Positions 18,450-29,340 are shown, counted from the first letter of the stretch. The stretch is DNA of 64,000 nucleotides from Alphaproteobacteria bacterium (GCA_015062485.1 SUUO01000001.1:82101-146100); one strand, 5' to 3'. Made by a program: numbers and translations. The notes: generated by a model from the sequence alone, not told the origin.

Positions 18450-19679
18450 ATGAGTATTAAAACATTATCTTTTGGTTGTAGGCTGAACGCATTGGAATCT
18501 GAAAAGATTCAAAGTATGCTGAAAAATGTCCTGGAAACCGCGATTGTCGTGAATACTTGCGCCGTCACAGGCGAAGCCGAACGGCAATCGGGACAATCCG
18601 TCCGACGCATCGCACGCGAGAATAAAAACACCCCAATATTCGTTACCGGGTGTGCGGCAACCCGTAACCCGGAAATGTTTTGCGACATACCAAATGTCAT
18701 CGTTGTTGATAATTTTCAAAAAAGAAATCTGAACGCATATATTGATGCAATGACGCGCACCCCGTGCAATATTGTTGGGGGCCCGACCATCGACAATTTT
18801 CGTGATACAGACGAGAAATTATCAAAAAAGTTTGTACAAATTCAAAACGGATGCAATCACGATTGCACATATTGTGTGACACGCCTGTTGCGGGGGCGCG
18901 CGGTATCATTTGAATACGACGAAATCTTGGCCGATGTGCGTGCGGCGGTGGACGCCGGGTTTGGCGAAATCGTCCTGACGGGGGTCGACATTGCATCATA
19001 TGCACGGGTGTATGATGGGCGGGCGTTTTTAATTTCTGATTTGTGCAAAAAATTACTGGCGGATGTGCCGGGGATACAGCGATTACGTTTGTCGTCAATG
19101 GATCCGGCGGTGCCGGAGGTTGGAAAAATTATAGACCTGATTAAATCCGATACACGTATGATGCCACATATGCATTTTTCAATGCAGTCAGGTTCGGACA
19201 CAATTTTAAAATCTATGCGTCGCCGTCATACCGCGGACACGGTTAGAAAATGGGTACAAATGGCCGGCGACAAAATAACTTTTAGTTGGGATATTATTTG
19301 CGGATTCCCCGGGGAAAGCGAAGAATTGTTTAACGAGACATTGGCACTGGTTCGCGAATTAAAGCCGATTAAGATTCACGCGTTTCCGTTCTCGCCCCGG
19401 CCCGATACGGTTGCAGCGACTATGCCAAACCAGGTTAATCGGGCAAATTCCAAACAACGTGTTAAAATAATAAATGAAGTGGCAAATGAAAATCGTGCCA
19501 ATTTTATGCAATCACAAGCGCGGCAAATCGTTCAAGTACTGGTAGAAGAGAACAACATCGCGCGCTGTCCACACGACATTTCCGTTAAAATTGTTGGCAC
19601 ACCTATTCCGCCACGGACAATTTGCAACACTGTTATAACCGAAATTCAGGGCGATGCATTTGTTGGAAAAATTCAATAA
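18450..19679 (+). CDS. mtaB: radical-SAM methylthiotransferase, MiaB/RimO/MtaB family
   Basis: N-terminal MTTase Cys triad; CNHDCTYC radical-SAM motif. Confidence 0.8.
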   Translation: MSIKTLSFGCRLNALESEKIQSMLKNVLETAIVVNTCAVTGEAERQSGQSVRRIARENKNTPIFVTGCAATRNPEMFCDIPNVIVVDNFQKRNLNAYIDAMTRTPCNIVGGPTIDNFRDTDEKLSKKFVQIQNGCNHDCTYCVTRLLRGRAVSFEYDEILADVRAAVDAGFGEIVLTGVDIASYARVYDGRAFLISDLCKKLLADVPGIQRLRLSSMDPAVPEVGKIIDLIKSDTRMMPHMHFSMQSGSDTILKSMRRRHTADTVRKWVQMAGDKITFSWDIICGFPGESEELFNETLALVRELKPIKIHAFPFSPRPDTVAATMPNQVNRANSKQRVKIINEVANENRANFMQSQARQIVQVLVEENNIARCPHDISVKIVGTPIPPRTICNTVITEIQGDAFVGKIQ

Positions 19680-19723
19680 AAAATATATTTGAAATGGCGT
19701 TTGATGTTGCTATTATCAGATCT

Positions 19724-20899
19724 ATGAAAAAGAAATTATTTACACTATTTTTGTTGTTAGCGTGTGGGGTGGCGAACGCCGCCGAATTTAAGACCAAAGC
19801 AAAGTCTGCATTCCTTATTGACTATGATTCCGGTGTCGAGATTGTGGCAAAAAATGCCGACAAACTGATGCCGCCATCATCAATGATTAAACTGATGACG
19901 TTGGCCGTATTGTTTGACGAGATAAAGGCCGGAAATCTGTCACTGGATGACCGGATTACAGTTGGGGAAAATGCAGATTACAATCGCCCAGAATGGTACC
20001 CAGCAAGCAAAATTTGCCTTAGTGCCGGTCAGACAATTACCGTACGTGATTTGATATTGGGCCTGATTGTGTTGTCGGGGGGCGACGCATCCGTTGTGGT
20101 GGCGGAAAAATTAGCCGGGTCCGAGGATGCATTCACACAGTTAATGGAGCAAAAGGCACGCAGTATTGGTATGGAACGGTCTATGTTCGGAAACGCCAGC
20201 GGTTTACCAAATCCAAACAATTTAATGACCAGTCGTGAATTGGCAACATTGGCGTTGCATTTGATTGGGGACTACCCGGACCTGTATCCGATGTTTGCGA
20301 CCAAGCGATTTGAATTTAATGAACACCAGACGGACTGGTGTCGTGAATGGGGGCGTACACATACGGTAAACTATAACAAATTGCTGTTTATTATGCCGGG
20401 GGCGGATGGCCTTAAAACCGGGCATACAAATGACGGTGGATACGGTATGGTTGCCAGTGCAAAGGTTGGTGGACGACGCCTGGTTGGGGTAATAAATGGA
20501 TTTAATGGCAAGGGGCACGATGCATTAGCGAACGAGATGAAAAAGTTATTAAACCACGGTTATTCGACCACAATGAACAAGGTTTTTTATCGTCCCGGGG
20601 ACAAGGTTGTTGATATTCCGGTATGGTATGGAAAACAAGACACCATTGCCGCAACGGTCGCCAAGCCATTCGCAATCACGGTTGATAAAAAAGACGGATT
20701 AAAAGATGTACGTGTATTGGCCCGATTTGATGAACCCATTGCCGCACCAATTGATGCAGGCGCGCAAGTCGGCGAAATAATCGCGGAACAAGACGGTCGT
20801 GTTATTGCACGGGCACCACTGGTTGCAAAGGAACGCGTACGCAAGATTCAATTTATGGGGCGCGTTATCAAGAATATTCGGGTAATGTTTGGGATTTAA
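19724..20899 (+). CDS. dacA: D-alanyl-D-alanine carboxypeptidase (PBP5/6 family)
   Basis: signal peptide; SMIK (SxxK) motif; PBP5-like C-terminal domain. Confidence 0.8.
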   Translation: MKKKLFTLFLLLACGVANAAEFKTKAKSAFLIDYDSGVEIVAKNADKLMPPSSMIKLMTLAVLFDEIKAGNLSLDDRITVGENADYNRPEWYPASKICLSAGQTITVRDLILGLIVLSGGDASVVVAEKLAGSEDAFTQLMEQKARSIGMERSMFGNASGLPNPNNLMTSRELATLALHLIGDYPDLYPMFATKRFEFNEHQTDWCREWGRTHTVNYNKLLFIMPGADGLKTGHTNDGGYGMVASAKVGGRRLVGVINGFNGKGHDALANEMKKLLNHGYSTTMNKVFYRPGDKVVDIPVWYGKQDTIAATVAKPFAITVDKKDGLKDVRVLARFDEPIAAPIDAGAQVGEIIAEQDGRVIARAPLVAKERVRKIQFMGRVIKNIRVMFGI

Positions 20900-20901
20900 A
20901 A

Positions 20902-21807
20902 ATGGCACCAAGAAAAAAGAAAACTTCTGAATATGTGTTTCCCCATCCAATGGAAAACGAATCCCTGGTGGGGCACGGGGATACACTGCGCACGTTTATG
21001 AATGCGTGGGAAAATCGTGATACGCATCCCATTCACCCGGTATGGATGTTAACCGGTCCGCGCGGAATTGGTAAAGCGACACTGGCATACAAAATCGCAA
21101 AAATGGTTTATGGAAATGTCGGGGATTTCTTTATCGTGGACCAAGACAGAAATATTGATAAAAACGGAAACATAAAATCCGACGGCAAGGTTATTTCTGT
21201 ATACACCGTACGCGCGATGATTGATAAAATGCAGATGTCGTCTATGTCGGGCGGATGGCGGGTTGTACTGATTGATTCTGTGGATGAATTAAATACAGCG
21301 GCATCGAATGCAATATTGAAGTTACTGGAAGAGCCACCGGCCCAGACATTATTCCTGTTGGTGGTGCACCAATTATCAAACGTATTACCGACGGTGCGTT
21401 CACGTGCGCGTGTGGAAAAAATGCGACCACTAACCATATCCCAGATGCGGGAACTGTGCGCGCGGTTTATGCCCGAAGATGATATCAGCACCGATACATT
21501 ACGCCTGGCGAATGGTTGTTTTGGTAAAATTGCGAATCTTAAATCATCGGGCGGGGATGAAATTTACGAACACCTGATTGATATACTTAATAACCCACGG
21601 GCAAACGCGGGCGATATGATGGCCATTGCAAAAAAGATTGCACCAAATCCGGAAATATATCAAATTCTGTTAGATGCGGTGGCGCATTTTGGCCTGGCGG
21701 ATTTATATCCGATGGTTACGCACGCAATCGCGGATGTTAATCGAATCTATCTGGAACCAGAAATTGCAATATTTAAAATAATAAGCGAAATAAAAAAATG
21801 TTTATAG
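20902..21807 (+). CDS. holB: DNA polymerase III delta' subunit
   Basis: AAA+ clamp-loader pattern HPVWMLTGPRGIGKATLA. Confidence 0.75.
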   Translation: MAPRKKKTSEYVFPHPMENESLVGHGDTLRTFMNAWENRDTHPIHPVWMLTGPRGIGKATLAYKIAKMVYGNVGDFFIVDQDRNIDKNGNIKSDGKVISVYTVRAMIDKMQMSSMSGGWRVVLIDSVDELNTAASNAILKLLEEPPAQTLFLLVVHQLSNVLPTVRSRARVEKMRPLTISQMRELCARFMPEDDISTDTLRLANGCFGKIANLKSSGGDEIYEHLIDILNNPRANAGDMMAIAKKIAPNPEIYQILLDAVAHFGLADLYPMVTHAIADVNRIYLEPEIAIFKIISEIKKCL

Positions 21808-22556
21808 ATACACACTGTCATTTAACCGACCGACATTGCGCTGATGGGGATGCAGACCGCGCAATCACAAATGCGATGGCCGCGGGCGTTGGCGTTATGA
21901 TTTGTCCCACCGCCGACCCGAATGATATTCCGGGCGCGTTGCATATTGCGCATATGCACGATAATGTTTTTTGCACAATTGGAATTCACCCAGAATATAT
22001 TAACGCAAATCCCGACGATTTGTTAACAGATGACATATTAAACGACCCGCGCGTTGTTGGGGTTGGGGAAATCGGTCTGGATTACCACTATAACGCGGAC
22101 ACACGTATGCAACAAATTGAATTATTCGAACGGCAATTGGCAATCGCAAAGAAATGCGCCCTGCCCGTCGCAATCCACACGCGCGAGGCCGAGGCCGACA
22201 CCGCACAAATTTTAACCGGTGATGTGTGTGGGGTTATGCATTGCTATACCAGTTCGTGGGATTTGGCAAAAAAAATGCTGGACCGTGGTTTTATGTTTTC
22301 AGCCAGTGGTATTTTGACATTTAAAAATTCGGGCGATATTCGTGAAACTTTTTCTAAAATTCCAATCGACCGGATTGTTATCGAAACCGACAGCCCATAT
22401 TGCGCCCCGGTGCCATATCGTGGCAAACCGTGCGAACCCGCAATGGTAATCGAGACCGCACGCGTATTGGCCGATATAAAGGGTGTAAATTTGTCAGAAC
22501 TGGAATATATTCTGGAACAAAACACAAAAAAGTTATATCCAAAGATTCAACTTTAA
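21798..22556 (+). CDS. tatD: TatD family deoxyribonuclease
   Basis: MFIDTHCHL start and metal-binding His/Asp/Glu pattern. Confidence 0.85.
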   Translation: MFIDTHCHLTDRHCADGDADRAITNAMAAGVGVMICPTADPNDIPGALHIAHMHDNVFCTIGIHPEYINANPDDLLTDDILNDPRVVGVGEIGLDYHYNADTRMQQIELFERQLAIAKKCALPVAIHTREAEADTAQILTGDVCGVMHCYTSSWDLAKKMLDRGFMFSASGILTFKNSGDIRETFSKIPIDRIVIETDSPYCAPVPYRGKPCEPAMVIETARVLADIKGVNLSELEYILEQNTKKLYPKIQL

Positions 22557-22618
22557 ATTCAACCTATGCATCTATTAAATTTGCAATCGGGTAATTATTG
22601 GTGTAAAATACGCGCATT

Positions 22619-23089
22619 ATGGCACGTCAGATTATAAAATTTGGTCAGGTTTCTGAAAATCGCAAGGCGCGGTTTAATTATTCTATTGAAGATACGATAG
22701 AGGCCGGCATTTCATTAACCGGCGCGGAAATAAAATCCATTCGATATGGTTTGGTGACCATTGTTGATGGATTTGTGCAACGGCGTGGCGATAATTTATT
22801 CCTGGCGGGGGTGGAAATTCAAAAATTACCAACCGCGGCACGCATTGTAAACTTTGACGAACGGCGCAGTCGCCAATTATTATTACACCGCAATCAAATC
22901 AACCGCTTAATCGGAAAATTACAAGAAAAAGGTGCAACGATTGTGCCCCTGAAGTTGTATTTTAATAATCGCGGAAAATTAAAGGTCTTGTTGGGCATTG
23001 GATACGGAAAAAACAAGGTCGACAAGCGTGAAACAATAAAACAGCGCGAATGGGATAAAAACAAAGCCCGCATTTTAAAAGGGAATTAA
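22619..23089 (+). CDS. smpB: SsrA-binding protein
   Basis: 156 aa; ARFNYSIEDTIEAGI...GAEIKSIR conserved core. Confidence 0.9.
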   Translation: MARQIIKFGQVSENRKARFNYSIEDTIEAGISLTGAEIKSIRYGLVTIVDGFVQRRGDNLFLAGVEIQKLPTAARIVNFDERRSRQLLLHRNQINRLIGKLQEKGATIVPLKLYFNNRGKLKVLLGIGYGKNKVDKRETIKQREWDKNKARILKGN

Positions 23090-23092
23090 AAA

Positions 23093-23122
23093 ACCGCCAA
23101 TCGGCGGATTTTTTTAATTCTG
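23093..23122. terminator. bidirectional terminator (ccgccaatcggcgg)
   Basis: hairpin plus T-run between convergent genes. Confidence 0.7.
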
Positions 23123-23134
23123 TTTACAAGTGGG

Positions 23135-24961
23135 CTAGCCCCGGCCCTTGTATTTTACGGTCCCAGAAGTTATTGGCAGGGTAAAACTAAAACCGCTGTC
23201 ATTGAATTTGGTCATCTTACTGACATAGCAATCGGTTATGGCACCGTCAACATCCTCGCTTCCTCCGGTACTGGTTGTGCCAGTGGGACACGGACTTGGT
23301 TCCACAGAATCCGCAGGACAGTAATAGCCGCCATCGCACGGGATTGGTTCTGAACTTTTTTCCGGGCAATAGAATCCAGCTGGACATTTTTCCTGGGCAG
23401 CACTGCCGGCGGGACAGTAATAGCCGCCATCGCACGGGATTGGTTCTGAACTTTTTTCCGGACAATAGTGCCCCGCGGGACACTGTGTTTGGGATGCGCT
23501 TTTGGCGGGACAATAATATCCGCCATCGCACGGGATTGGGGTTGTGGTCTTGACTGGGCAATAGTGGCCCGCATCACATTCGGTTTGAACATTATTTTTA
23601 CAATAATAGCCGGCCGGACAGTCCGTATAACTGGGGCTTAGGCTAACTTGATTACTGCTAAATTCACCAGATTGCGATTGTTCAATGGTCTTGAAATTAT
23701 CGCCAACGTTTATCACACGACCGGAATATGTCCAGTTTTTAAACAACTGACCACCGGGAACAGTGGTTGTCGGTGTATAATTAATCTCACAATTTGAATT
23801 ATATGTACACGTTTCCGTTTTATTGGAACCATCGGCATATTTTACCGTATAGTTTTTCCAAGAATATTGTCTGTATAAGTTTATTGTATCATATTCGTCT
23901 ATACTGCACTGCATAATACCGTTACAAGCGGTAATGATATCATCACTGTTGCTAAACGAATTTGTTGACCACATTGGTGCCCCACAAGCACTAGCACCGA
24001 TCCCATCAAGCATTGGGCAAAAATACCAACCAGTAAAATTTTGCTTGGGCACTGTAACGGTTACGACAGAATTCAAACTGGTCCCATCGTCACCGTATAC
24101 ACCATCTAAATCCAAATCGTATCCCGTGCCGGGCAGATATTTTATGTACCGACTGGATGTGGATGCAGAGGTACCAGTGTTCAAATAGATTTTATATGTT
24201 CGTTGCACACAGTTACGTTCCCCAATATTTGTGGTGTTCACCCGACCGGCAGTATCATAGTATCCGTATCCATCGTCACAGTCACAATTATTACCCGCGG
24301 CATTTGTGTGGGCGTTGGTACCACACGTGCCACAACCGTACATTTGACTGTCAACCATACCCGTATCTAGTATAAAAGTACTGGTTCCATCAGTATAATC
24401 ACGCTGATTAAGAACGTAAAACAGCCCATAATCCGAAGAGGTACTGGCCGCATACAGACGCACCAATCGGGTTTCACGATCAAATGTTCCCATAGAACAC
24501 TTTTCGCAACTAATCTGATAACGACAGTCTGATGTAGCATTTAACGCATTACATTTTGAGTTTATATAGAGTTTTAATCCATAGTCGGCGGGACACGAAA
24601 CCAAAATTGGGCAAAAACCATCCGTATTACCATATGCACGATAAGTGCCAGAGGAGTCAAGGTATTCTGTTGTAGCGGTTAGCCAAGAAATTGTAGGTTG
24701 AGTCTCTGTATAACTGGATACAAGAACACTATCAGTCAATGAATTGGTACACTCATAACACTTGTACGACAGCGGTCCATTGGTAAAATCGCGCGTATAT
24801 CCCCAATAGCACGTATAGGCATCCGATGCGCTGTTGCAATTCAACATAGTGTCATATCTCGTACATCCAGAGCCGGTTGTTCCCGTACCATCACCACCAA
24901 CAACCGCGAGCGCGCCGGATGTCACAAGGCAAAGAAAAGTCAGTAAAACTATCTTGTTCAT
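23135..24961 (-). CDS. secreted Cys-rich protein with tandem ephrin-receptor-like (GCC2/GCC3-type) repeats
   Basis: 608 aa, signal peptide; repeats CPAGHYCPEKSSEPIPCDGGYYCPA x4-5 near the C-terminus. Confidence 0.65.
   Translation of the reverse strand: MNKIVLLTFLCLVTSGALAVVGGDGTGTTGSGCTRYDTMLNCNSASDAYTCYWGYTRDFTNGPLSYKCYECTNSLTDSVLVSSYTETQPTISWLTATTEYLDSSGTYRAYGNTDGFCPILVSCPADYGLKLYINSKCNALNATSDCRYQISCEKCSMGTFDRETRLVRLYAASTSSDYGLFYVLNQRDYTDGTSTFILDTGMVDSQMYGCGTCGTNAHTNAAGNNCDCDDGYGYYDTAGRVNTTNIGERNCVQRTYKIYLNTGTSASTSSRYIKYLPGTGYDLDLDGVYGDDGTSLNSVVTVTVPKQNFTGWYFCPMLDGIGASACGAPMWSTNSFSNSDDIITACNGIMQCSIDEYDTINLYRQYSWKNYTVKYADGSNKTETCTYNSNCEINYTPTTTVPGGQLFKNWTYSGRVINVGDNFKTIEQSQSGEFSSNQVSLSPSYTDCPAGYYCKNNVQTECDAGHYCPVKTTTPIPCDGGYYCPAKSASQTQCPAGHYCPEKSSEPIPCDGGYYCPAGSAAQEKCPAGFYCPEKSSEPIPCDGGYYCPADSVEPSPCPTGTTSTGGSEDVDGAITDCYVSKMTKFNDSGFSFTLPITSGTVKYKGRG
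23300..23600. repeat. intragenic tandem repeat (~94-nt unit x3+) encoding the CxxGxYC repeats
   Basis: ccatcgcacgggattgg recurs at 23331, 23425 and 23520. Confidence 0.7.
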
Positions 24962-25095
24962 ACAATCCCCCCGAATGCCATCAATATGGATTCTTATACT
25001 GGAATCTTAGAACAACGGCCGATTAAATACAAGGGGAAAACACGAGCGTTTTTTATTATTGAATATTCGGGGATTTTTCACTAAATTTATATTGT

Positions 25096-27153
25096 ATGAA
25101 ACGTGAACTGATTGATTTTTTAAATACAGACCTGCAATTCATCAAGGGGGTGGGACCGGTTCTGGCGGCGCGCTTTGACGATGTGTTGGGGGGACGACGT
25201 GTGTTGGATTTTTTATTGCATCGTCCGGCATATGTGCGTGCGCGCGATATAACCGACAATGTTATGGATGCAACCCCGGGGGATGTGATAACAATCCCAT
25301 TGTTGGTTAAAAGCCACAAGTCCGGCGGTGTCTTTCGTGGTCGCCGTCGTCCGACCCAGATACTGTGCAACGATAAAATGGGTAACGCGGTTGTGATTCA
25401 GTTCTTTAATGTGAACTATCTGGATTATTGGTTAAAGAAATTACCAATCGGTGATTGGCGTATGATTTCGGGCAAACTGGAACGTGGGGCGCGCCCAACA
25501 ATCAGTCATCCAGACTTTATCGAAGAAATGCAAAATGCGTCCAAGATACCGTCTATTCAGGCGATTTATCCCGCGGGCGAGGGATTAACCCAGAAAGTGT
25601 TCGCCAACGTCCGTGACAAGATATTTGAAATATTGCCCGACAAATTACGTGGCGAGGACGAAGAACGCGTCTTGGAATTTTTTGATGCGTTGCAACATAT
25701 TCATTTCCCCACGTCCGCCGATGATTTAATGCCAAATGCGACCTATATGGCGAAATTGGCGTATTGTGAATTATTCGCGCACCAGTCTGCGATTGTAATC
25801 AGTCGTCGTAATCGTGCCGACGTCAAGAATCGTCGCGTTGTGCGTCCAAAAAAATATGATTTGATGGAAAAGTTTTATGACGCATTACCCTTTGAAATGA
25901 CGGGCGCGCAAAGTCGTACGTGCGATGAAATTTTCGATGACTTGCAAAAGAATGTGCCGATGATGCGCCTGGTCCAGGGGGATGTGGGATCGGGAAAAAC
26001 GATTGTTGCCTTGGCGGCGGCGGTTAAAATGGCGGAAACGGGCGCGGCCACGGCTTTGTTGGCACCAACCGATACCCTGGCCCAGCAGCACTTTGCCAAA
26101 TTAAAGCCAATGTGTGATAAAATTGGGATTGTGTGTGATATTCTAACGGGGCGCGACAAAGGTGTGGCCCGTCGTGAAAAGTTAATATCGTTAAAGTCGG
26201 GGCGGACACGTTTGGTTGTTGGGACGCACGCATTATTTTCGGCGGACGTTGAATACCGCGATTTGGGCCTGGTTATTATTGATGAACAGCATCGCTTTGG
26301 CGTGGCCCAGCGCGAAGCCCTGAGACAAAAAGGAAACAATCCAGATTTGTTGGCGTTATCTGCGACGCCGATTCCGCGAACACTGTCTATGACGATGTAT
26401 GGCGATATGGATGTATCGATTATTAACGAGAAACCCGCCGGACGTAAACCGATTAAAACAACCAAGTTACCAATGATGCGTATAAACGAACTGGTGGGGC
26501 GGTTGCAGATGCAAATTGCCACCGGGGCCAAGGTTTTCTGGGTATGCCCCCTGGTCGAAGAATCAGAAAATGGTGATGCCAATATGACGGCGGTGGTCGA
26601 ACGGCACAAGATGTTGTGCCAATATTTTCCGACGGCGGGCCTGGTTCATGGGCAAATGGACAAGAAACAGCGCGACACAGTTATGGAAAAATTTGCCGAT
26701 AATGATTCTGATATGCGTATCCTGGTTGCGACCACGGTCATAGAGGTTGGAATTGACGTACCCCGTGCATCTATCATCGTTATTGAGAATGCCGAACGGT
26801 TCGGTTTGGCGGCCTTGCACCAGCTGCGTGGGCGTGTCGGACGCGGCAACACGCAATCGTATTGTGTTTTAATCTTTGGCAATAACCTGTCTGATGACGG
26901 AATAAAGCGTCTGGACGTCCTGTGCGAGACAGATGATGGCTTTGTTATCGCGGAACAGGATTTAATGATGCGTGGCGTTGGTGAATTGATGGGCACCCGT
27001 CAAAGCGGTTGGATACAATATCATTTTGTAGATTATCGTGAACATCGTGATTTATTTAAACTGGCGGCGAATGCGGCACGCGATAATGATGCCGACGAAT
27101 GGACGCGCGATTTAATGTACATATTTGACCGTGGGGTGATTCAGGGTGCGTAA
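25096..27153 (+). CDS. recG: ATP-dependent DNA helicase RecG
   Basis: wedge domain plus SF2 motifs (GDVGSGKT, DEQHRFG). Confidence 0.9.
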   Translation: MKRELIDFLNTDLQFIKGVGPVLAARFDDVLGGRRVLDFLLHRPAYVRARDITDNVMDATPGDVITIPLLVKSHKSGGVFRGRRRPTQILCNDKMGNAVVIQFFNVNYLDYWLKKLPIGDWRMISGKLERGARPTISHPDFIEEMQNASKIPSIQAIYPAGEGLTQKVFANVRDKIFEILPDKLRGEDEERVLEFFDALQHIHFPTSADDLMPNATYMAKLAYCELFAHQSAIVISRRNRADVKNRRVVRPKKYDLMEKFYDALPFEMTGAQSRTCDEIFDDLQKNVPMMRLVQGDVGSGKTIVALAAAVKMAETGAATALLAPTDTLAQQHFAKLKPMCDKIGIVCDILTGRDKGVARREKLISLKSGRTRLVVGTHALFSADVEYRDLGLVIIDEQHRFGVAQREALRQKGNNPDLLALSATPIPRTLSMTMYGDMDVSIINEKPAGRKPIKTTKLPMMRINELVGRLQMQIATGAKVFWVCPLVEESENGDANMTAVVERHKMLCQYFPTAGLVHGQMDKKQRDTVMEKFADNDSDMRILVATTVIEVGIDVPRASIIVIENAERFGLAALHQLRGRVGRGNTQSYCVLIFGNNLSDDGIKRLDVLCETDDGFVIAEQDLMMRGVGELMGTRQSGWIQYHFVDYREHRDLFKLAANAARDNDADEWTRDLMYIFDRGVIQGA

Positions 27154-28441
27154 AATATTTGCATTTTTGTTATCTGTTTTTATGGTGATGCCGACATTTG
27201 GGGCAACACTTATTAACGATACAGAGACCGAGCATTTTTTATCAGAACTGGTTACGCCACTGGGGACGGCGGCCGATATTGGGGCGGGACGCTTGAATGT
27301 TCATATCATAGACGATGATGATTTTAACGCGTTTGTGCGCGGTGGCGAAGATGTCTATGTGTACACGGGCCTGCTTAAACAAATAAAAAATCCAGATGCA
27401 TTGTTGGCGGTGATTGCGCACGAATTGGGGCACACCATTGGTGGACATATGGCGCAATTATCGGCACGGTCGGACGCAGAAATGAAACGCACAATGCTGA
27501 TTCAGGCATTGGGGGTCGGCTTAATGGTTGCCGGGGGTAATCCATCACTGGGGGCGGGGGTGCTGGCGGGTTCGTCCGGGGTTGCAACCCAGTCTTTGTT
27601 GGCATTTTCCCGGGACGAAGAACGTATTGCGGATAACCTGGGGATTGATTTGATGATACACGCCGGGCAAAACCCAAATGGATTTATAACCGTCTTTGAA
27701 CAGATGAACGATTTAACCGGTGCGATGGAAAATACAATAAATCCAAATCGAATAAATCACCCACTTACACGTGAACGGTTAAAGAACGCACGCGAATATA
27801 TTGCCGAACACGCACCAAATTATCACGCGCCCGATACCACCACCCGTGATGCACAATATGAATTGGTGCGGGCCAAGTTGGTTGGATATTTGGACGATGC
27901 TAAAAACGTTCTGGCAAAATATCCATATGCAGATAAATCAGATGCGGCCCTTTATGCACGTGCAATCGCGAATATGCGCGGGGGAAATCTGGATGGGGCA
28001 CGAATGGGAACCCAGACACTGATTTCCCGCAACCCCGACAATGGATATTTCTATGAATTATTGGGGGACATTGAATTTCAGTTTGGACACTATGATGACA
28101 GTGTGCGCGCATATGAAAAATCATTGGCGTTGGTAAAAGACGCCCCCCAGATTGAAACGGCGTTGGCGTTGGTGCTGGCGGAACGGGGCAAGCCGGGTGA
28201 CAACACACGTGCGATTGAATTATCCAAGCGTGTAATTTTAACCCAGGCAACCCCATTGGCGTATTGGGTTCTGGCGCGATGCTATGGCGATGCGGATGCG
28301 GGGCGTCACGCGTGGGCAATGGCGGAATATTATGCGATGCGTGGTGATGATGAACAGGCGTCCGAATATGCACGCCGCGCGCAAAAATATTTAAAGAAAA
28401 CCGATGCCGAATACATAAAATCTGGGGATTTAATAAAATAA
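27146..28441 (+). CDS. M48-family metalloprotease with TPR region (BepA-like)
   Basis: signal peptide; HELGHTIGGH zinc motif; overlaps recG stop. Confidence 0.75.
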   Translation: MRKIFAFLLSVFMVMPTFGATLINDTETEHFLSELVTPLGTAADIGAGRLNVHIIDDDDFNAFVRGGEDVYVYTGLLKQIKNPDALLAVIAHELGHTIGGHMAQLSARSDAEMKRTMLIQALGVGLMVAGGNPSLGAGVLAGSSGVATQSLLAFSRDEERIADNLGIDLMIHAGQNPNGFITVFEQMNDLTGAMENTINPNRINHPLTRERLKNAREYIAEHAPNYHAPDTTTRDAQYELVRAKLVGYLDDAKNVLAKYPYADKSDAALYARAIANMRGGNLDGARMGTQTLISRNPDNGYFYELLGDIEFQFGHYDDSVRAYEKSLALVKDAPQIETALALVLAERGKPGDNTRAIELSKRVILTQATPLAYWVLARCYGDADAGRHAWAMAEYYAMRGDDEQASEYARRAQKYLKKTDAEYIKSGDLIK

Positions 28442-28467
28442 AAAACCCGCCGGGTGGCGGGATTTTT

Positions 28468-28845
28468 TTATTGAACCTCTATTACAACCATTGCGGCGCA
28501 ATAATCCCCCTGGTCCGTAAGGGAAAGGTGTATGCGCGCATCCGTGCCGGCAATTTGCTTTAATATCGCACGGGCACCACCGGATATAACCAATTCGGGA
28601 CGACCTGCATCGTTATGGGCAACCGATACATCTGAAAAAGAAATATCATCGCCAAAGCCCGTGCCAAGCGCTTTTAAGAAAGCCTCGCGCGCGGCCCAGA
28701 AATTCGCCAAGTGTTTTTCCGAATTTGCATTGTCGTTGTCGGCGTATTCTAATTCCTTCTTTGTGAATATGCGCTGTTTCTTGAATGCAGACCAATCCAG
28801 AAAACGGTCGCATTCAACCAAGTCAATTCCGATGCCAACTATCAT
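28468..28845 (-). CDS. acpS: holo-[acyl-carrier-protein] synthase
   Basis: MIVGIGIDLVECDRF N-terminus, 125 aa. Confidence 0.85.
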   Translation of the reverse strand: MIVGIGIDLVECDRFLDWSAFKKQRIFTKKELEYADNDNANSEKHLANFWAAREAFLKALGTGFGDDISFSDVSVAHNDAGRPELVISGGARAILKQIAGTDARIHLSLTDQGDYCAAMVVIEVQ

Positions 28846-28967
28846 AACGATTTCTCCCTTCGTTGTGTGATTTAAGTTAAACTTGATATGCGCATACTAG
28901 TAATATTTATCCGATTCGTGCAAGCATAAAATATATAAAAATACCGGCAAAAAATTGCCGGTATGAT

Positions 28968-29075
28968 TTATTTATCACATTTCTTTTTGTCGCCCCCAGA
29001 TTTCTTGTCTTCGTGGCCAGAATTTAAACCACTGCAATTCTTGCATTTACACTGTTTATCATCATTTTTTGACAT
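28968..29075 (-). CDS. small Lys-rich 4-Cys peptide (35 aa; MSKNDDKQCKCKNCSGLNSGHEDKKSGGDKKKCDK), not in ORF track
   Basis: AAGGAT RBS 6 nt upstream; ccggcaaaaaattgccgg terminator downstream. Confidence 0.4.
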   Translation of the reverse strand: MSKNDDKQCKCKNCSGLNSGHEDKKSGGDKKKCDK

Positions 29076-29220
29076 TTTATATCCTTTTTGTTTTGTTGTT
29101 ATTTAATTAAAGTCCGGACAGATAAATAATACAACACCCCGCCCCACCCCACAATATGCAAGAATTCCAAAATAAATAGTTTGTGTTTTATTAAAAACTG
29201 TTATATGATGCGCGTTATGT

Positions 29221-29297
29221 CGGGGTGTAGCTCAGCCTGGTAGAGTACTTGCATGGGGTGCAAGGGGTCGCAGGTTCGAATCCTGTCACCCCGACCA
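29221..29297 (+). tRNA. tRNA-Pro (anticodon GGG)
   Basis: 77 nt cloverleaf; anticodon loop ATGGGGT; CCA encoded; terminator 29306..29330. Confidence 0.85.
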
Positions 29298-29340
29298 TAT
29301 AAATTTAAACGGGTCTTGTACCCGTTTTAATTTATATCAG

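Noticed and set aside
23300-23600. Tandem direct repeats that might be a CRISPR array (also 44760..45180)
   Set aside because: Repeats are in-frame coding repeats inside well-supported ORFs, with no spacer/repeat alternation and no cas genes
25875-26996. Long minus-strand ORFs (244 aa, 116 aa, 97 aa) within recG
   Set aside because: Antisense to an unambiguous RecG reading frame
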